From contig USES01000002.1 in the NCBI GenBank assembly GCA_900553785.1, forward strand, positions 15,326-79,325: DNA of 64,000 nucleotides, given 5' to 3'. Positions 8,711-18,366 of the stretch are shown here, in pieces. Each line of letters begins with the position of its first letter. The stretch's first letter is position 1. The position numbers and the translations under genes were made by a program. The notes below the pieces were generated by a model that worked only from the letters and a program-made list of their open reading frames with translations, was not told the origin of the DNA and searched no databases. This DNA is from an uncultured Clostridium sp. GTDB taxonomy: Bacteria > Bacillota > Clostridia > TANB77 > CAG-465.

Positions 8711-10018
8711 ATGAGAGGAATAACAGTAGATTTTGATGGTATTAAAAATTTTGTAGATGATTATGAATATGAGACTGTTAAGGGTGACTTTACATTAGCT
8801 AGCAGCCAACTTGAGCTTAGAACAGGCTTAGGTAGTGATATGACTGGATGGTTAGATTTGCCTGAGAAAATAACAGATGAAGAAATTAGAAAAATACATG
8901 AGGCAGCAAAGAAGATAAGAAATCAAGCGGAAGTTTTAGTAGTTATTGGAATAGGTGGGTCTTATCTTGGTGCAAAGGCAGTTATAGATATGTTGTCAGA
9001 TCCAATATACAATATGCAACCAATGTCTAAACGTCGTGGGCCTCAGATAATATACGTTGGAAACAATTTAAGTGGAAAATATTTAAAAAGTGTTTTGGAA
9101 TATTTACAAGATAAAGATGTTGCGGTAAATGTAATTTCTAAATCTGGAAAAACATTGGAACCTGCTATCGCATTTAGAATATTTAAGTTATTTATGGAAG
9201 AAAAGTATGGTATTGGTGGAGCCGCTGAGCGTATATATGTCACTACTGATCCAGAAGATGGAGTGTTACGTTCTATTGCACTAAAAGAAGAGTACACAAT
9301 GTTTACAGTGCCAAAAAGTGTCGGCGGAAGATATTCGGTGCTTACAGCAGTAGGACTTTTACCTATGGCTGTTGCAGGACTAAAGTTTGAAGATGTACTA
9401 GATGGAGCACTTTTTGCAAGACAAATGTATAGCATAAAAAATATAGAAGATAATGATTGTTATAAATATGCTGTATTAAGAAATATATTATACAATAAAG
9501 GAAAAGATGTAGAAGTATTTGCATCATATGAACCAAGAATGCAATATTTTGGAGAATGGTTTAAACAATTATTTGGTGAAAGTGAAGGAAAAAATGGTAA
9601 AGGAATTTTCCCAGCATCTGTTACATTCACAACAGACCTACATTCGCTAGGTCAACTTATTCAAGATGGAAAACGTAATCTTTTTGAAACAGTTATACAT
9701 GTTGAACAAACAAGAGAAGAGTTTAGAGTACCACATGTTTCAAATATTGATGACGGACTTAATTATCTTGAAGGTATGGAATTGGAAGATATATGTGAGA
9801 AAGCATATTTAGGTACACTTAAAGCTCATATAGCAGGTGGCGTTCCAACAATTGTAATAAATGTAAAAGAATTAAATGAATACAATGTAGGTCAACTTAT
9901 ATTTTTCTTTGAAAAAGCTTGTGCAATAAGTGGGTATATGCTAGGCGTAAACCCATTCAATCAGCCAGGAGTGGAAACATACAAACAAAATATGATGGAA
10001 CTCTTAAAAGGTGAGTAG
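8711..10018 (+). CDS. pgi: Glucose-6-phosphate isomerase
   Basis: Carries the IGIGGSYLGAKA and GESEGK motifs and matches short Firmicute Pgi over its full length. The ATG is 7 nt after an aagggga RBS. Confidence 0.9.
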   Translation: MRGITVDFDGIKNFVDDYEYETVKGDFTLASSQLELRTGLGSDMTGWLDLPEKITDEEIRKIHEAAKKIRNQAEVLVVIGIGGSYLGAKAVIDMLSDPIYNMQPMSKRRGPQIIYVGNNLSGKYLKSVLEYLQDKDVAVNVISKSGKTLEPAIAFRIFKLFMEEKYGIGGAAERIYVTTDPEDGVLRSIALKEEYTMFTVPKSVGGRYSVLTAVGLLPMAVAGLKFEDVLDGALFARQMYSIKNIEDNDCYKYAVLRNILYNKGKDVEVFASYEPRMQYFGEWFKQLFGESEGKNGKGIFPASVTFTTDLHSLGQLIQDGKRNLFETVIHVEQTREEFRVPHVSNIDDGLNYLEGMELEDICEKAYLGTLKAHIAGGVPTIVINVKELNEYNVGQLIFFFEKACAISGYMLGVNPFNQPGVETYKQNMMELLKGE

Positions 10019-10019
10019 C

Positions 10020-11708
10020 ATGGGAAAAGTTTGGAATGTAAAAAAACAGGATTTAGAACAAGTTGAAGCCTTATCTAAGAAATTTAGAGTATCTATGCCT
10101 TTGGCTCAAATGTTAGTTGCAAAGGGGATAGATGAATCAGGAGTAGATGAATTTCTAAATCCGGATTTAGATAAACTGCACGATCCATATGATTTACCAG
10201 ATATGAAGCGCTTGGTAGATAGAGTGCTTAAGGCAAGAGAAAATAACGAGAAAATAGTAATTTATGGTGACTATGATGTAGATGGAATTACTAGTATAAC
10301 AGTGTTATATTCTTTTTTAAGAGATATAGGAATAACACCTTCATATTATTTGCCAGATAGATTAGAAGAAGGCTATGGCCTAAATAACGCAGCGCTAGAA
10401 TCAATAAAAGCCCAAGGTGCAGATTTGGTTATTACAGTAGATTGCGGAATATCTGCACATAAGGAGGCAGAATTTGCTAAAAGTTTAGGGCTAGATTTAA
10501 TTATTACCGACCACCATGAATGTACGGATGATTTGCCTTATGCCATAGCAGTGGTAAACCCTAAACGTCATGATTCAAACTATCCGTGCGAATTTTTAGC
10601 TGGAGTTGGAGTGACTTTTAAGGTTATAACTGCTTTAGCTCAAGCATTAAATATGGATAGCTCAAGCTACCTAAAATATATAGACATAGTATCTGTTGGA
10701 ACAATTGCAGACATAGTTCCACTTTTAGGTGAAAACAGAGTTATAACATATAATGGTTTAGCGACATTAAAAAAGACAACTAACAAAGGATTAAAGGCTT
10801 TGATTAAAGTAGCAGGAATAGAAAAGATAACTTCAGATAGCGTATCATTTGGTTTGGCACCAAGAATAAATGCATGTGGTAGAATGAATGATGCATCTGT
10901 TGCAGTTAAGCTTCTACTTGCTGAAAATGACGTTGAAGCATATAATTTAGCTGAAGCACTAGATAGCCAAAACAAAGAACGCCAAGAAGTAGAAAGAGCA
11001 ATTTTTGTAGATGCAGTTTCAATGATTACTGACGAAGGTTTGGATAAGAAAAAGACAATAGTACTTGCAAAAGAGGGATGGCATCAGGGAGTTATTGGAA
11101 TAGTAGCATCCAAATTGACAGAGATGTATTTAAAACCAGTAATTCTTCTTGCTATAAACGGTAACAGCGCTCACGGCAGTGCGAGAATTCCTCAAGGAGT
11201 TTCGCTATATATGGCTATCTCTAGATGTAGTGATTACTTGTTATCGTTCGGAGGACACGAATTAGCAGCGGGATTAAGTTTAGAAACGAAAAATATACAA
11301 GCTTTTAGCAATAAATTCGAACAGGTAATAACTGAAATTAAGCCTGAAGATTTTGTAAAAGTTGTGGATATAGATATGGAACTTGATACTAAAAAAATAG
11401 ATTTTAATCTAATACGAGACATTGCACGTCTAGCACCATTTGGCCAAAAAAATAAAATGCCAGTGTTTCTTTGCAAAGGACTTAAAGTAGCAAGTGTATG
11501 TACTTTAAAAGAAAATAAACACTTAAAAGTTACACTTCAGGACGCAAATGGAACAGTTCTAGAAGGTTTGAATTTCGGTGGAGGACAAAGACGCAGTGAG
11601 CTTGTTATAGGAGATAAAATAGATATAGCTTGTACACTTAGCATAAATGCATATATGGGAAATATTAAAATGCAGTATATGATATTAGATTTTAAAAAAA
11701 GTGTTTAA
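10020..11708 (+). CDS. recJ: Single-stranded-DNA-specific exonuclease RecJ
   Basis: DHH family motifs (IYGDYDVDG, VDCG, ITDHHE) and a GGH motif (FGGHELAAG). Confidence 0.9.
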   Translation: MGKVWNVKKQDLEQVEALSKKFRVSMPLAQMLVAKGIDESGVDEFLNPDLDKLHDPYDLPDMKRLVDRVLKARENNEKIVIYGDYDVDGITSITVLYSFLRDIGITPSYYLPDRLEEGYGLNNAALESIKAQGADLVITVDCGISAHKEAEFAKSLGLDLIITDHHECTDDLPYAIAVVNPKRHDSNYPCEFLAGVGVTFKVITALAQALNMDSSSYLKYIDIVSVGTIADIVPLLGENRVITYNGLATLKKTTNKGLKALIKVAGIEKITSDSVSFGLAPRINACGRMNDASVAVKLLLAENDVEAYNLAEALDSQNKERQEVERAIFVDAVSMITDEGLDKKKTIVLAKEGWHQGVIGIVASKLTEMYLKPVILLAINGNSAHGSARIPQGVSLYMAISRCSDYLLSFGGHELAAGLSLETKNIQAFSNKFEQVITEIKPEDFVKVVDIDMELDTKKIDFNLIRDIARLAPFGQKNKMPVFLCKGLKVASVCTLKENKHLKVTLQDANGTVLEGLNFGGGQRRSELVIGDKIDIACTLSINAYMGNIKMQYMILDFKKSV

Positions 11709-11730
11709 TACATTAAAGGAGTAGTAGAGT

Positions 11731-13896
11731 ATGGCAAAAGTTTTAAGTGAAAATGAACTATTATTTGGAGAATTGATGGGAGTATTAGATGAGCAAAAAA
11801 TTCAATTTGATCCAATACTTTTAAAGCGTATTTTTGATTATACTCAAGAAATATACAAAGATACTAAAAGATACAAAGGGGAGAGTACTTTTTCACATTG
11901 TGTTCATGTTGCAGAATTAGTTGCAAAACTAAAAATAGGAATAGATCCAGTTTATGCATCTATTCTTCACGAGGTACCAAAGTTTAAAGAATATAGTTAT
12001 AAAAAAATAGAACAGGATTTTGGACATGAAATAGCAGAACTAGTAAAAGATAGCAGTAATTTATACCTTTTAAATTATGATGGACAACAAGATGTTGAAG
12101 CAGAAAAATTAAGAAAAATGTTTATGGCCATTGCAAAGGACATTAGAGTTGTAATTATGAAACTTGCAGATAGGTTATATAACATGAGAAATATATATGA
12201 CGAACCTCTGGAGCTTCAACAGTTAAAAGCTACAGAAACTATGCATATATATGCTCCAATAGCGCATAGGCTTGGTATGTCAGAGGTAAAGTCTGAATTA
12301 GAGGATATATCTTTTAGCATACTAAACCCAGAAGAATATGAAAGAGTAAGAAAATCTGTAGAACTTGGAAAAGATGAAAGAAAAGAATATATTCATTATA
12401 GAATTGAACAAATAAAAGCATTACTTGAAAAAGAAAAAATACACGCAACTATCTATGGTAGACCAAAATATTATTACAGTATATACAAGAAAACCAAGAA
12501 GAATAATTGTAGAGTAGAAGATTTATATGATCTTTATGCAATAAGAGTAATAGTAGACAGTGTTAAAGATTGTTATAGTGTATTGGGAATTATACACCAA
12601 AACTTTAAGCCTATGCCAGGTAGATTTAAAGATTACATTGCTGTTCCTAAAACAAATATGTATCAATCACTTCATACAACATTGTTTGGTGATGGGAAAG
12701 CACCGTTTGAAGTACAAATTAGAACTTGGGATATGCACAATGTAGCTGAATACGGTATCGCTGCACACTTTTTGTATAAAGAGGGCGGCAAAAAAATGAC
12801 TGAAAGCGATGAAATGCTAAATTGGATTAGAAAAACTCTAGAAATGGAGCAACAAGTAGGCGATACGTCGTTTGAAGATATAAAAGTAGAGTTGTTTGGG
12901 GACGAGGTGTTTGTATTTACTCCAAAAGGAGAAATAAAATCCTTCCCAAAAGGTGCTACAACGATAGATTTCGCATATAACATACATCAGCATGTGGCAG
13001 AAAGTATGGTTGGAGCAAAAATAAATGGTAAAATTGTCCCTATAACTACAAAACTTAAAAACACAGATGTTGTTGAAATTATAACTTCTAAAACAGCTAG
13101 TGGTCCGAAATTAGACTGGATAAAATCTGTAAAAACAAACAGTGCTAAAAATAAAATCGTATCATACTTAAAGAAGCAGTCTAAAGAATCTAATATACAA
13201 AAAGGTATGGAAAGCTTTGAAAAAGAAGCTAGTAAATTTGGAATACCTATGGATGAATTAATGGCAGAAAAGTACTTAAAGCCAATGCTTGCCGCAAATA
13301 ATTTTAATACAGTGGAAGAAATGTATGAAAATATTGGATTTGGTGTATTATCTGTTAAAAAAGCAGCAAATAGAATTTACGAAGAATATAAGGCTCAAAA
13401 CAAAATAGAAGAAGAAAAGTCAGAGACAAATATTCAGAAGTCTAGAAAAGCCAATTTTGAAGGTGTAGAAGTAGAAGGAATAGATAATTGTCTAGTAAAG
13501 TTTGCTAAATGTTGCAACCCAATTCCAGGTGATGACATTATAGGGTATATATCTTATGGTAAAGGAGTTTCTATTCACAGAGTAGATTGCCCTAATCTTG
13601 TGGGATTAGATATAGAGCAGAGAAGAATAGGTGTTAAGTGGAAAACAAAAGATAATGCAGAATATGAAACAAAGATTATAATTCTTGCAAATGATAGACC
13701 AAATTTAGGACTAGATATTTTAAAACTACTTCAAGAGATGAAAATAAGAATAACTGGTTTTACTGCTAGAACAACTAAAAATAATCAATGCGCAATAGAT
13801 GTTTCTGTTGAAACATCGTCTGTTGATGAACTTCAAAGAATTATTAAAGGCGTAAGAAAAATAGATAGTGTGTTTGAAGTAAAGAGGGCAAAATAG
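11731..13896 (+). CDS. relA: Bifunctional (p)ppGpp synthetase/hydrolase, RelA/SpoT family
   Basis: HD hydrolase region, synthetase core (YKSLHT-like QSLHTTLFG), TGS region (VFVFTPKGE) and a C-terminal ACT-like region. Confidence 0.9.
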   Translation: MAKVLSENELLFGELMGVLDEQKIQFDPILLKRIFDYTQEIYKDTKRYKGESTFSHCVHVAELVAKLKIGIDPVYASILHEVPKFKEYSYKKIEQDFGHEIAELVKDSSNLYLLNYDGQQDVEAEKLRKMFMAIAKDIRVVIMKLADRLYNMRNIYDEPLELQQLKATETMHIYAPIAHRLGMSEVKSELEDISFSILNPEEYERVRKSVELGKDERKEYIHYRIEQIKALLEKEKIHATIYGRPKYYYSIYKKTKKNNCRVEDLYDLYAIRVIVDSVKDCYSVLGIIHQNFKPMPGRFKDYIAVPKTNMYQSLHTTLFGDGKAPFEVQIRTWDMHNVAEYGIAAHFLYKEGGKKMTESDEMLNWIRKTLEMEQQVGDTSFEDIKVELFGDEVFVFTPKGEIKSFPKGATTIDFAYNIHQHVAESMVGAKINGKIVPITTKLKNTDVVEIITSKTASGPKLDWIKSVKTNSAKNKIVSYLKKQSKESNIQKGMESFEKEASKFGIPMDELMAEKYLKPMLAANNFNTVEEMYENIGFGVLSVKKAANRIYEEYKAQNKIEEEKSETNIQKSRKANFEGVEVEGIDNCLVKFAKCCNPIPGDDIIGYISYGKGVSIHRVDCPNLVGLDIEQRRIGVKWKTKDNAEYETKIIILANDRPNLGLDILKLLQEMKIRITGFTARTTKNNQCAIDVSVETSSVDELQRIIKGVRKIDSVFEVKRAK

Positions 13897-13899
13897 TTT

Positions 13900-14565
13900 A
13901 TGGAAGATAAAATATATGTTGAAAAGTTTGAAATAGATGTAGGAGATACAGGACATATAACTAATTGTTATTTTGTTAAAAATAGTGCAAATTCACTTTG
14001 CATAATTGATCCTGCAGATAAGGCAAACGAAATTATTTCCAAAATAGAAAAAGAAAATTTAAAACTAAAAGCAATCATTATAACACATTGTCATAGTGAT
14101 CATATATGTGCATTAGCTAATCTTATTAAAAAGTATAAAGACATTAAAGTGTTTGTAAGTAAAGTTGATATACCAGGTTTGAATGACACCGAAACAAATT
14201 GTGCAAAAGCAGTTGGAGTAGAAGTGCCAAGAATAGATGAAAATAGGATTATTGGAGTAAAAGATGGAGACATATTACAAATAGAAGATATGTCATTTAG
14301 AGTAATTACTACACCAGGTCATACGAATGGCAGTATAACCCTTTACGAGAAAAATTTGAATGTATTATTTACAGGAGATACTGTGTTTTCAAATACATAC
14401 GGAAGGACAGATTTAAAAACGGGAAGTCATGATGATATGCGCCATTCATTAGATAAATTGTTTGTTTCTTTTGATGATGTCAAATGTTTTCCAGGACATG
14501 GAGAAGATTTTATACTTTCTGAAGTTAAAAGAAAAATAAATCTATTGTTCGCATATAAGGGGTGA
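13900..14565 (+). CDS. MBL-fold metallo-hydrolase (hydroxyacylglutathione hydrolase-like)
   Basis: THCHSDH motif plus TPGHTNGS. The gene starts 3 nt after the relA stop. Confidence 0.8.
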   Translation: MEDKIYVEKFEIDVGDTGHITNCYFVKNSANSLCIIDPADKANEIISKIEKENLKLKAIIITHCHSDHICALANLIKKYKDIKVFVSKVDIPGLNDTETNCAKAVGVEVPRIDENRIIGVKDGDILQIEDMSFRVITTPGHTNGSITLYEKNLNVLFTGDTVFSNTYGRTDLKTGSHDDMRHSLDKLFVSFDDVKCFPGHGEDFILSEVKRKINLLFAYKG

Positions 14566-14571
14566 AGTGCA

Positions 14572-14841
14572 TTGAAATTTGGTAAAAATTTAAAATTAAT
14601 ATTAAGTTTACTTTTTATGATTATGTTAGTATTAAATATTGTTATGTATTTTTATATAGTAGATAGCGTTGAAATTTATGGAAAGAGCATAAATGTTATA
14701 TATGTACAGTTAGCTTTTTTGTTGCTGGAATTGTTTATGCTATCTGGAATATATGGCAAAAAACAAGGACTTACGATTTGTCTTATATATGTTTTGCTAG
14801 TAGCAGGTAACCTTTGGTTTATACTTGCAAATCTTGTGTAA
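14572..14841 (+). CDS. Small membrane protein, unknown function
   Basis: TTG start after an aggggtga RBS. I predict three hydrophobic segments. Confidence 0.35.
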   Translation: MKFGKNLKLILSLLFMIMLVLNIVMYFYIVDSVEIYGKSINVIYVQLAFLLLELFMLSGIYGKKQGLTICLIYVLLVAGNLWFILANLV

Positions 14842-14854
14842 TATAGGTGAGTGT

Positions 14855-15700
14855 ATGGGAAATATTTATAGGCAAATAAAAACTTATGGGATTTTTGCAA
14901 ATACATTAAAAATTATAGCTCTGGTTGCTATGTTAGTTGACCATATCGCGGTATACTTTTATTGGTATATTCCGGAAACTGTACAGGACGTAATGAGGGG
15001 ATTTGGAAGAATAGCCATGCCTTTGTTTGTATTTTTACTTGTACAAGGATTTTTCAAAACTAAAAACTTTAAGAAATACGTTATAAGAGTAGGAATATGT
15101 GCAGTTATAACTCAAGTACTTATTAGTATACTTGGATATGTAAATGTTAAATTTTATCCGGATTATGCGATTCAAGTTTATACATTTGGTAATATTTTGT
15201 TTTCTTTCGTATTAGCGTTATTATTACTAAAAATAGTACATGAACCAATAATTTTAAGTAAATATACCAAAAAACAGAATATTATAATTAGGATCATATT
15301 AGGTATAGCAATAATGTCTGTATATGTATTTGTAAATATAGACTATGGAGTTACAGTGCCAATTTTGGCTATGCTTTTGTATGCCGTAGAGAGATTTAGA
15401 ATAACGGTGCTTATTACAAAGAGTAAACCTAGCTTTTCTTTTAAGGGGATAGTTATAAATACGGTAGATGAATTAACCATAGATAGAATATATAAAGGGC
15501 TTATAGCACTTTGCATATTGATTGTAATTGTATTTTGTAATGTTAATATATGGGCACTAGCCTCCGTAATTCCAATACTGTTATATAACGGAGAAAAGAA
15601 AAGTCAGAGTAAAAAGCAAAAGATGTTCTATTATGTATTTTTCCCACTACATCACGCATTATTGTATCTATCAGCAATGTTAATTAAAAGTATTATTTAG
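14855..15700 (+). CDS. TraX family membrane protein
   Basis: The N-terminus LKIIALVAMLVDHIA and the polytopic profile are typical of the TraX family. Confidence 0.7.
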   Translation: MGNIYRQIKTYGIFANTLKIIALVAMLVDHIAVYFYWYIPETVQDVMRGFGRIAMPLFVFLLVQGFFKTKNFKKYVIRVGICAVITQVLISILGYVNVKFYPDYAIQVYTFGNILFSFVLALLLLKIVHEPIILSKYTKKQNIIIRIILGIAIMSVYVFVNIDYGVTVPILAMLLYAVERFRITVLITKSKPSFSFKGIVINTVDELTIDRIYKGLIALCILIVIVFCNVNIWALASVIPILLYNGEKKSQSKKQKMFYYVFFPLHHALLYLSAMLIKSII

Positions 15701-15707
15701 AAAATAA

Positions 15708-15749
15708 ATATAATTTAGGAAAGAGGAAGTACCTCTTTTCTTTTTGCAT
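15708..15749 (+). repeat. Direct repeat copy 1 (contains a terminator hairpin)
   Basis: atataatttaggaaagaggaagtacctcttttctttttgcat recurs at 17303-17346. The only difference is two extra T. Confidence 0.9.
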
Positions 15750-15828
15750 TAGTATTAAAAATTGGGAAAATACACTTGAAAAGTGAAAGATTTTGGTATA
15801 AAATGTATAAAAATAAAGGAGAAAACAA

Positions 15829-15885
15829 ATGAGACTAATGGAAAATAATGTAAATGGGGGGGGGGCAAAAAAGCCTTCTAAATAG
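15829..15885 (+). CDS. Candidate 18-codon leader peptide (uORF) containing the G10 tract
   Basis: An aaggag RBS lies 7 nt before the ATG. The peptide is MRLMENNVNGGGAKKPSK. It sits between a putative promoter and a strong terminator, upstream of the gene at 16015. Confidence 0.25.
   Translation: MRLMENNVNGGGAKKPSK
15856..15865 (+). repeat. G10 homopolymer tract
   Basis: Ten consecutive G in an A+T-rich genome, located inside the uORF. Confidence 0.95.
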
Positions 15886-15909
15886 TTATTTTCAAGGACA
15901 AGTTATATT

Positions 15910-15960
15910 GGCCTATGCTTTGCATACGTTAAAATGCGTGTGTAAATCATAGGCCTTTTT
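15910..15960 (+). terminator. Long intrinsic terminator / attenuator in the leader of the gene at 16015
   Basis: ggcctatg-c-tttgcatacg [ttaaaatg] cgtgtgtaaa-t-cataggcc followed by TTTTT. That is 18 paired positions, including two G-U pairs. Confidence 0.65.
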
Positions 15961-16014
15961 GCATGCATTTGTTTTGAAACCTTTATTTAAAAAGAAAGAG
16001 GAGAAATATGAAAA

Positions 16015-17241
16015 ATGAAAAAGAAAAATGCAATATCACTTATTGTACTTGTAATAACCATAATTGTTATGGCAATACTAGCTGCAACAGTAATAATAAC
16101 ATTGTCTAATACAAATATAATAAGCCAGGCAAATGATGCTGTAAAGAAAACAGAAGCACAGCAAGTAGAAGAGATGAAGGCTCTTATGTTAGCAGATGGA
16201 ATGCTAGGGAAAAATCCAGAGTCACAAACAATAGGAAGTACAACACTTGAATGGGATAGTGTAAAAAAAGAAGTAATAGAAAAAAGAAATGGGCAATTAG
16301 TAAAAGAAGGTGTAATCATTCCAACAGATTTTTATTATGTAGGCGGAACAAAAGATACAGGACTAGTAATATCTGATGATTCCACAGATGAAAATAAGGG
16401 TGTAGATTATACATGCGTTGGAAACCAATTTGTATGGATACCAGTAGATGATTTTTCTAAGTTTGTAAGAGGAGAAGCAGAAGAAACATCAACAGGTTCT
16501 GGTATATATAAAATGACAGGTGCGTTAGAGTCCAGATATGCAGAGCCATATACAGATGGATATGCAACAGAAGTGGAAGAGTATAATGCGATGATGCAAT
16601 CAGTACAAAAATATGGTGGCTTTTATATAGCGCGCTTTGAAGCAGGTGATGGTGATGCAACTGCTGCAAGAACAGCACCTACTGTCGCACATAAGGTGGT
16701 AAGTAAAAAGGAATCATATATATATAATTACGTGCCATGGGGAGCTGCTATGAATGATACGTCTGCTACAACTATAGATGGCGTAGCAAATGTATCAGGA
16801 GCGATAGAGCTATCTAAAAATATGTATAAAGGAAGTACATCAGTAGTATCTACATTGTGCTATGGAGTGCAGTGGGATGCAGCACTAAATTATGTATCTG
16901 ATAAGGACCACGATATAGTAAACTCAGGGCCTTGGGGAAACCATTTAATTACTGATGGCTCAGCAGATAGTGTACTTTATACAAGTGGAAAAAATGAGGC
17001 TTGGAAAGCTAAGAATATATATGACTTAGCAGGAAATGTACAAGAATGGACAATGGAAAAAACTGCTTGGGATGATGAAACACATATTCGTCGTATGACA
17101 AGAGGAGGCTCTTATGATATACCTTATTATGCAGAAAATCCTAGTGTAAGGTTTGGAAATACTGTATCAATACTGACAGATAATGGAGTACTTTGTGCAA
17201 TTAGTCAAATCGGTTTTCGTGTTGCGCTTTACATTAAATAA
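16015..17241 (+). CDS. Pilin-like N-terminal anchor fused to an FGE/SUMF1 (formylglycine-generating-enzyme-like) domain
   Basis: The N-terminus MKKKNAISLIVLVITIIVMAILAA resembles a degenerate prepilin leader and helix. The C-terminus has GNVQEWT, RGGSY and GFRVALY, which are typical of the FGE-sulfatase fold. Confidence 0.6.
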   Translation: MKKKNAISLIVLVITIIVMAILAATVIITLSNTNIISQANDAVKKTEAQQVEEMKALMLADGMLGKNPESQTIGSTTLEWDSVKKEVIEKRNGQLVKEGVIIPTDFYYVGGTKDTGLVISDDSTDENKGVDYTCVGNQFVWIPVDDFSKFVRGEAEETSTGSGIYKMTGALESRYAEPYTDGYATEVEEYNAMMQSVQKYGGFYIARFEAGDGDATAARTAPTVAHKVVSKKESYIYNYVPWGAAMNDTSATTIDGVANVSGAIELSKNMYKGSTSVVSTLCYGVQWDAALNYVSDKDHDIVNSGPWGNHLITDGSADSVLYTSGKNEAWKAKNIYDLAGNVQEWTMEKTAWDDETHIRRMTRGGSYDIPYYAENPSVRFGNTVSILTDNGVLCAISQIGFRVALYIK

Positions 17242-17302
17242 TGACAGATTAAAAACATAATCAGGTTGTTATATATTTGTTTAAATCTATTGTTTTAAAT
17301 TT

Positions 17303-17346
17303 ATATAATTTAGGAAAGAGGAAGTACCTCTTTTCTTTTTTTGCAT
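17303..17346 (+). repeat. Direct repeat copy 2 (contains a terminator hairpin)
   Basis: Same sequence as 15708-15749. The stem is aagaggaagtacctctt with a T-run. Confidence 0.9.
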
Positions 17347-17467
17347 AAAATGTATAGAGGGGGATTTTTATGGAAGAAGAAAATGTACAAGAATATGAAG
17401 CTGAAGAAGTAATGAAAAAATCTACAGAAGAGGTAGAGGAAATTTATGAGGAGGATGTATAGATTAT

Positions 17468-18193
17468 ATGAGTGAACAATGCAAAGTACTAAAATCTGGC
17501 AAATGCGAAGTATCTAATCCATACTATGTAAGTCATGGAGGAATAGATTTAGTTGGAGCAAATTATACTTTAGATTATATCGTGGCGCATAGTGATGGTG
17601 TGGTAGTAGGTGTAGAAAAAAACTGTAATGAAAATACATCAGGTGATAAAAAATATGGTAGTACAAGAAAAGCAAATATTTATGGTAATTACGTAAAAAT
17701 TAGGCATAATAATGGTATGTATACACTGTATGCTCATATACGTTATGGTTCAATACCAGTAAGTGTTGGACAAAGTGTAAAAAAAGGTCAAGTTATAGGG
17801 TATATGGGAAATACAGGCTACTCGTTTGGTGCACATCTTCATTTTGAGGTTAGAGATACAAATAATAATAAAATAAACCCTACTAATTATGTCGGACATG
17901 TTTTTTCTAATGCCAGAGAAGATTATTCTACAGGAAATTATATATGCATGTATGCAATGAAAGTAAGGGATGGAGCAGGCTTAAACTATAGAGTAAAAAA
18001 GGTTAGTGAATTAACTTCTGATGGTAAAAGAAATGCTACTGTAAGTAATCCTTACGCTTATGCTGTGTATAAGGAAAATACTGTATTTACTGCATATAGT
18101 ATTATACAAAACGGCAAAGATGTATGGGCAAAAACACCAAGTGGATATGTTTGCATAAAAGATAGCAGTATGGTTTATTGCAAGAAAATATAA
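17468..18193 (+). CDS. M23 (LytM) family metallopeptidase with a C-terminal SH3b-like domain
   Basis: HxxxD (SHGGID) and HxH (AHLHFEV) zinc motifs. The C-terminal YAMKVRDGAGLNYRV...VWAKTPSGYVCI looks SH3b-like. No signal peptide is visible. Confidence 0.75.
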   Translation: MSEQCKVLKSGKCEVSNPYYVSHGGIDLVGANYTLDYIVAHSDGVVVGVEKNCNENTSGDKKYGSTRKANIYGNYVKIRHNNGMYTLYAHIRYGSIPVSVGQSVKKGQVIGYMGNTGYSFGAHLHFEVRDTNNNKINPTNYVGHVFSNAREDYSTGNYICMYAMKVRDGAGLNYRVKKVSELTSDGKRNATVSNPYAYAVYKENTVFTAYSIIQNGKDVWAKTPSGYVCIKDSSMVYCKKI

Positions 18194-18366
18194 TTTGTTA
18201 AACATTAAAATATTAAATTTATAGGATATATCGTTATAGCGACAATCAAAATTGACATAAACACTTTACAATTTTATTATTTTATGTTATAATCAAAATT
18301 GCTAGGAATTATTTTATGGAACGAAACATAAGAATTATTAGAGCACATAAGGAGGAAATAATAAAC

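Noticed and set aside
16008-16115. An alternative-frame ATG at 16008 that gives a 35-aa Cys/Asn-rich peptide overlapping the start of the pilin-like gene.
   Set aside because: It overlaps a 408-aa ORF with domain support. Its Cys/Asn richness comes from reading the hydrophobic-helix codons out of frame. There is no independent support.
17371-17463. A 30-codon highly acidic micro-ORF (MEEENVQEYEAEEVMKK...) upstream of the M23 peptidase.
   Set aside because: It has a plausible RBS, but it is too short and too low in complexity to support without conservation or expression data.
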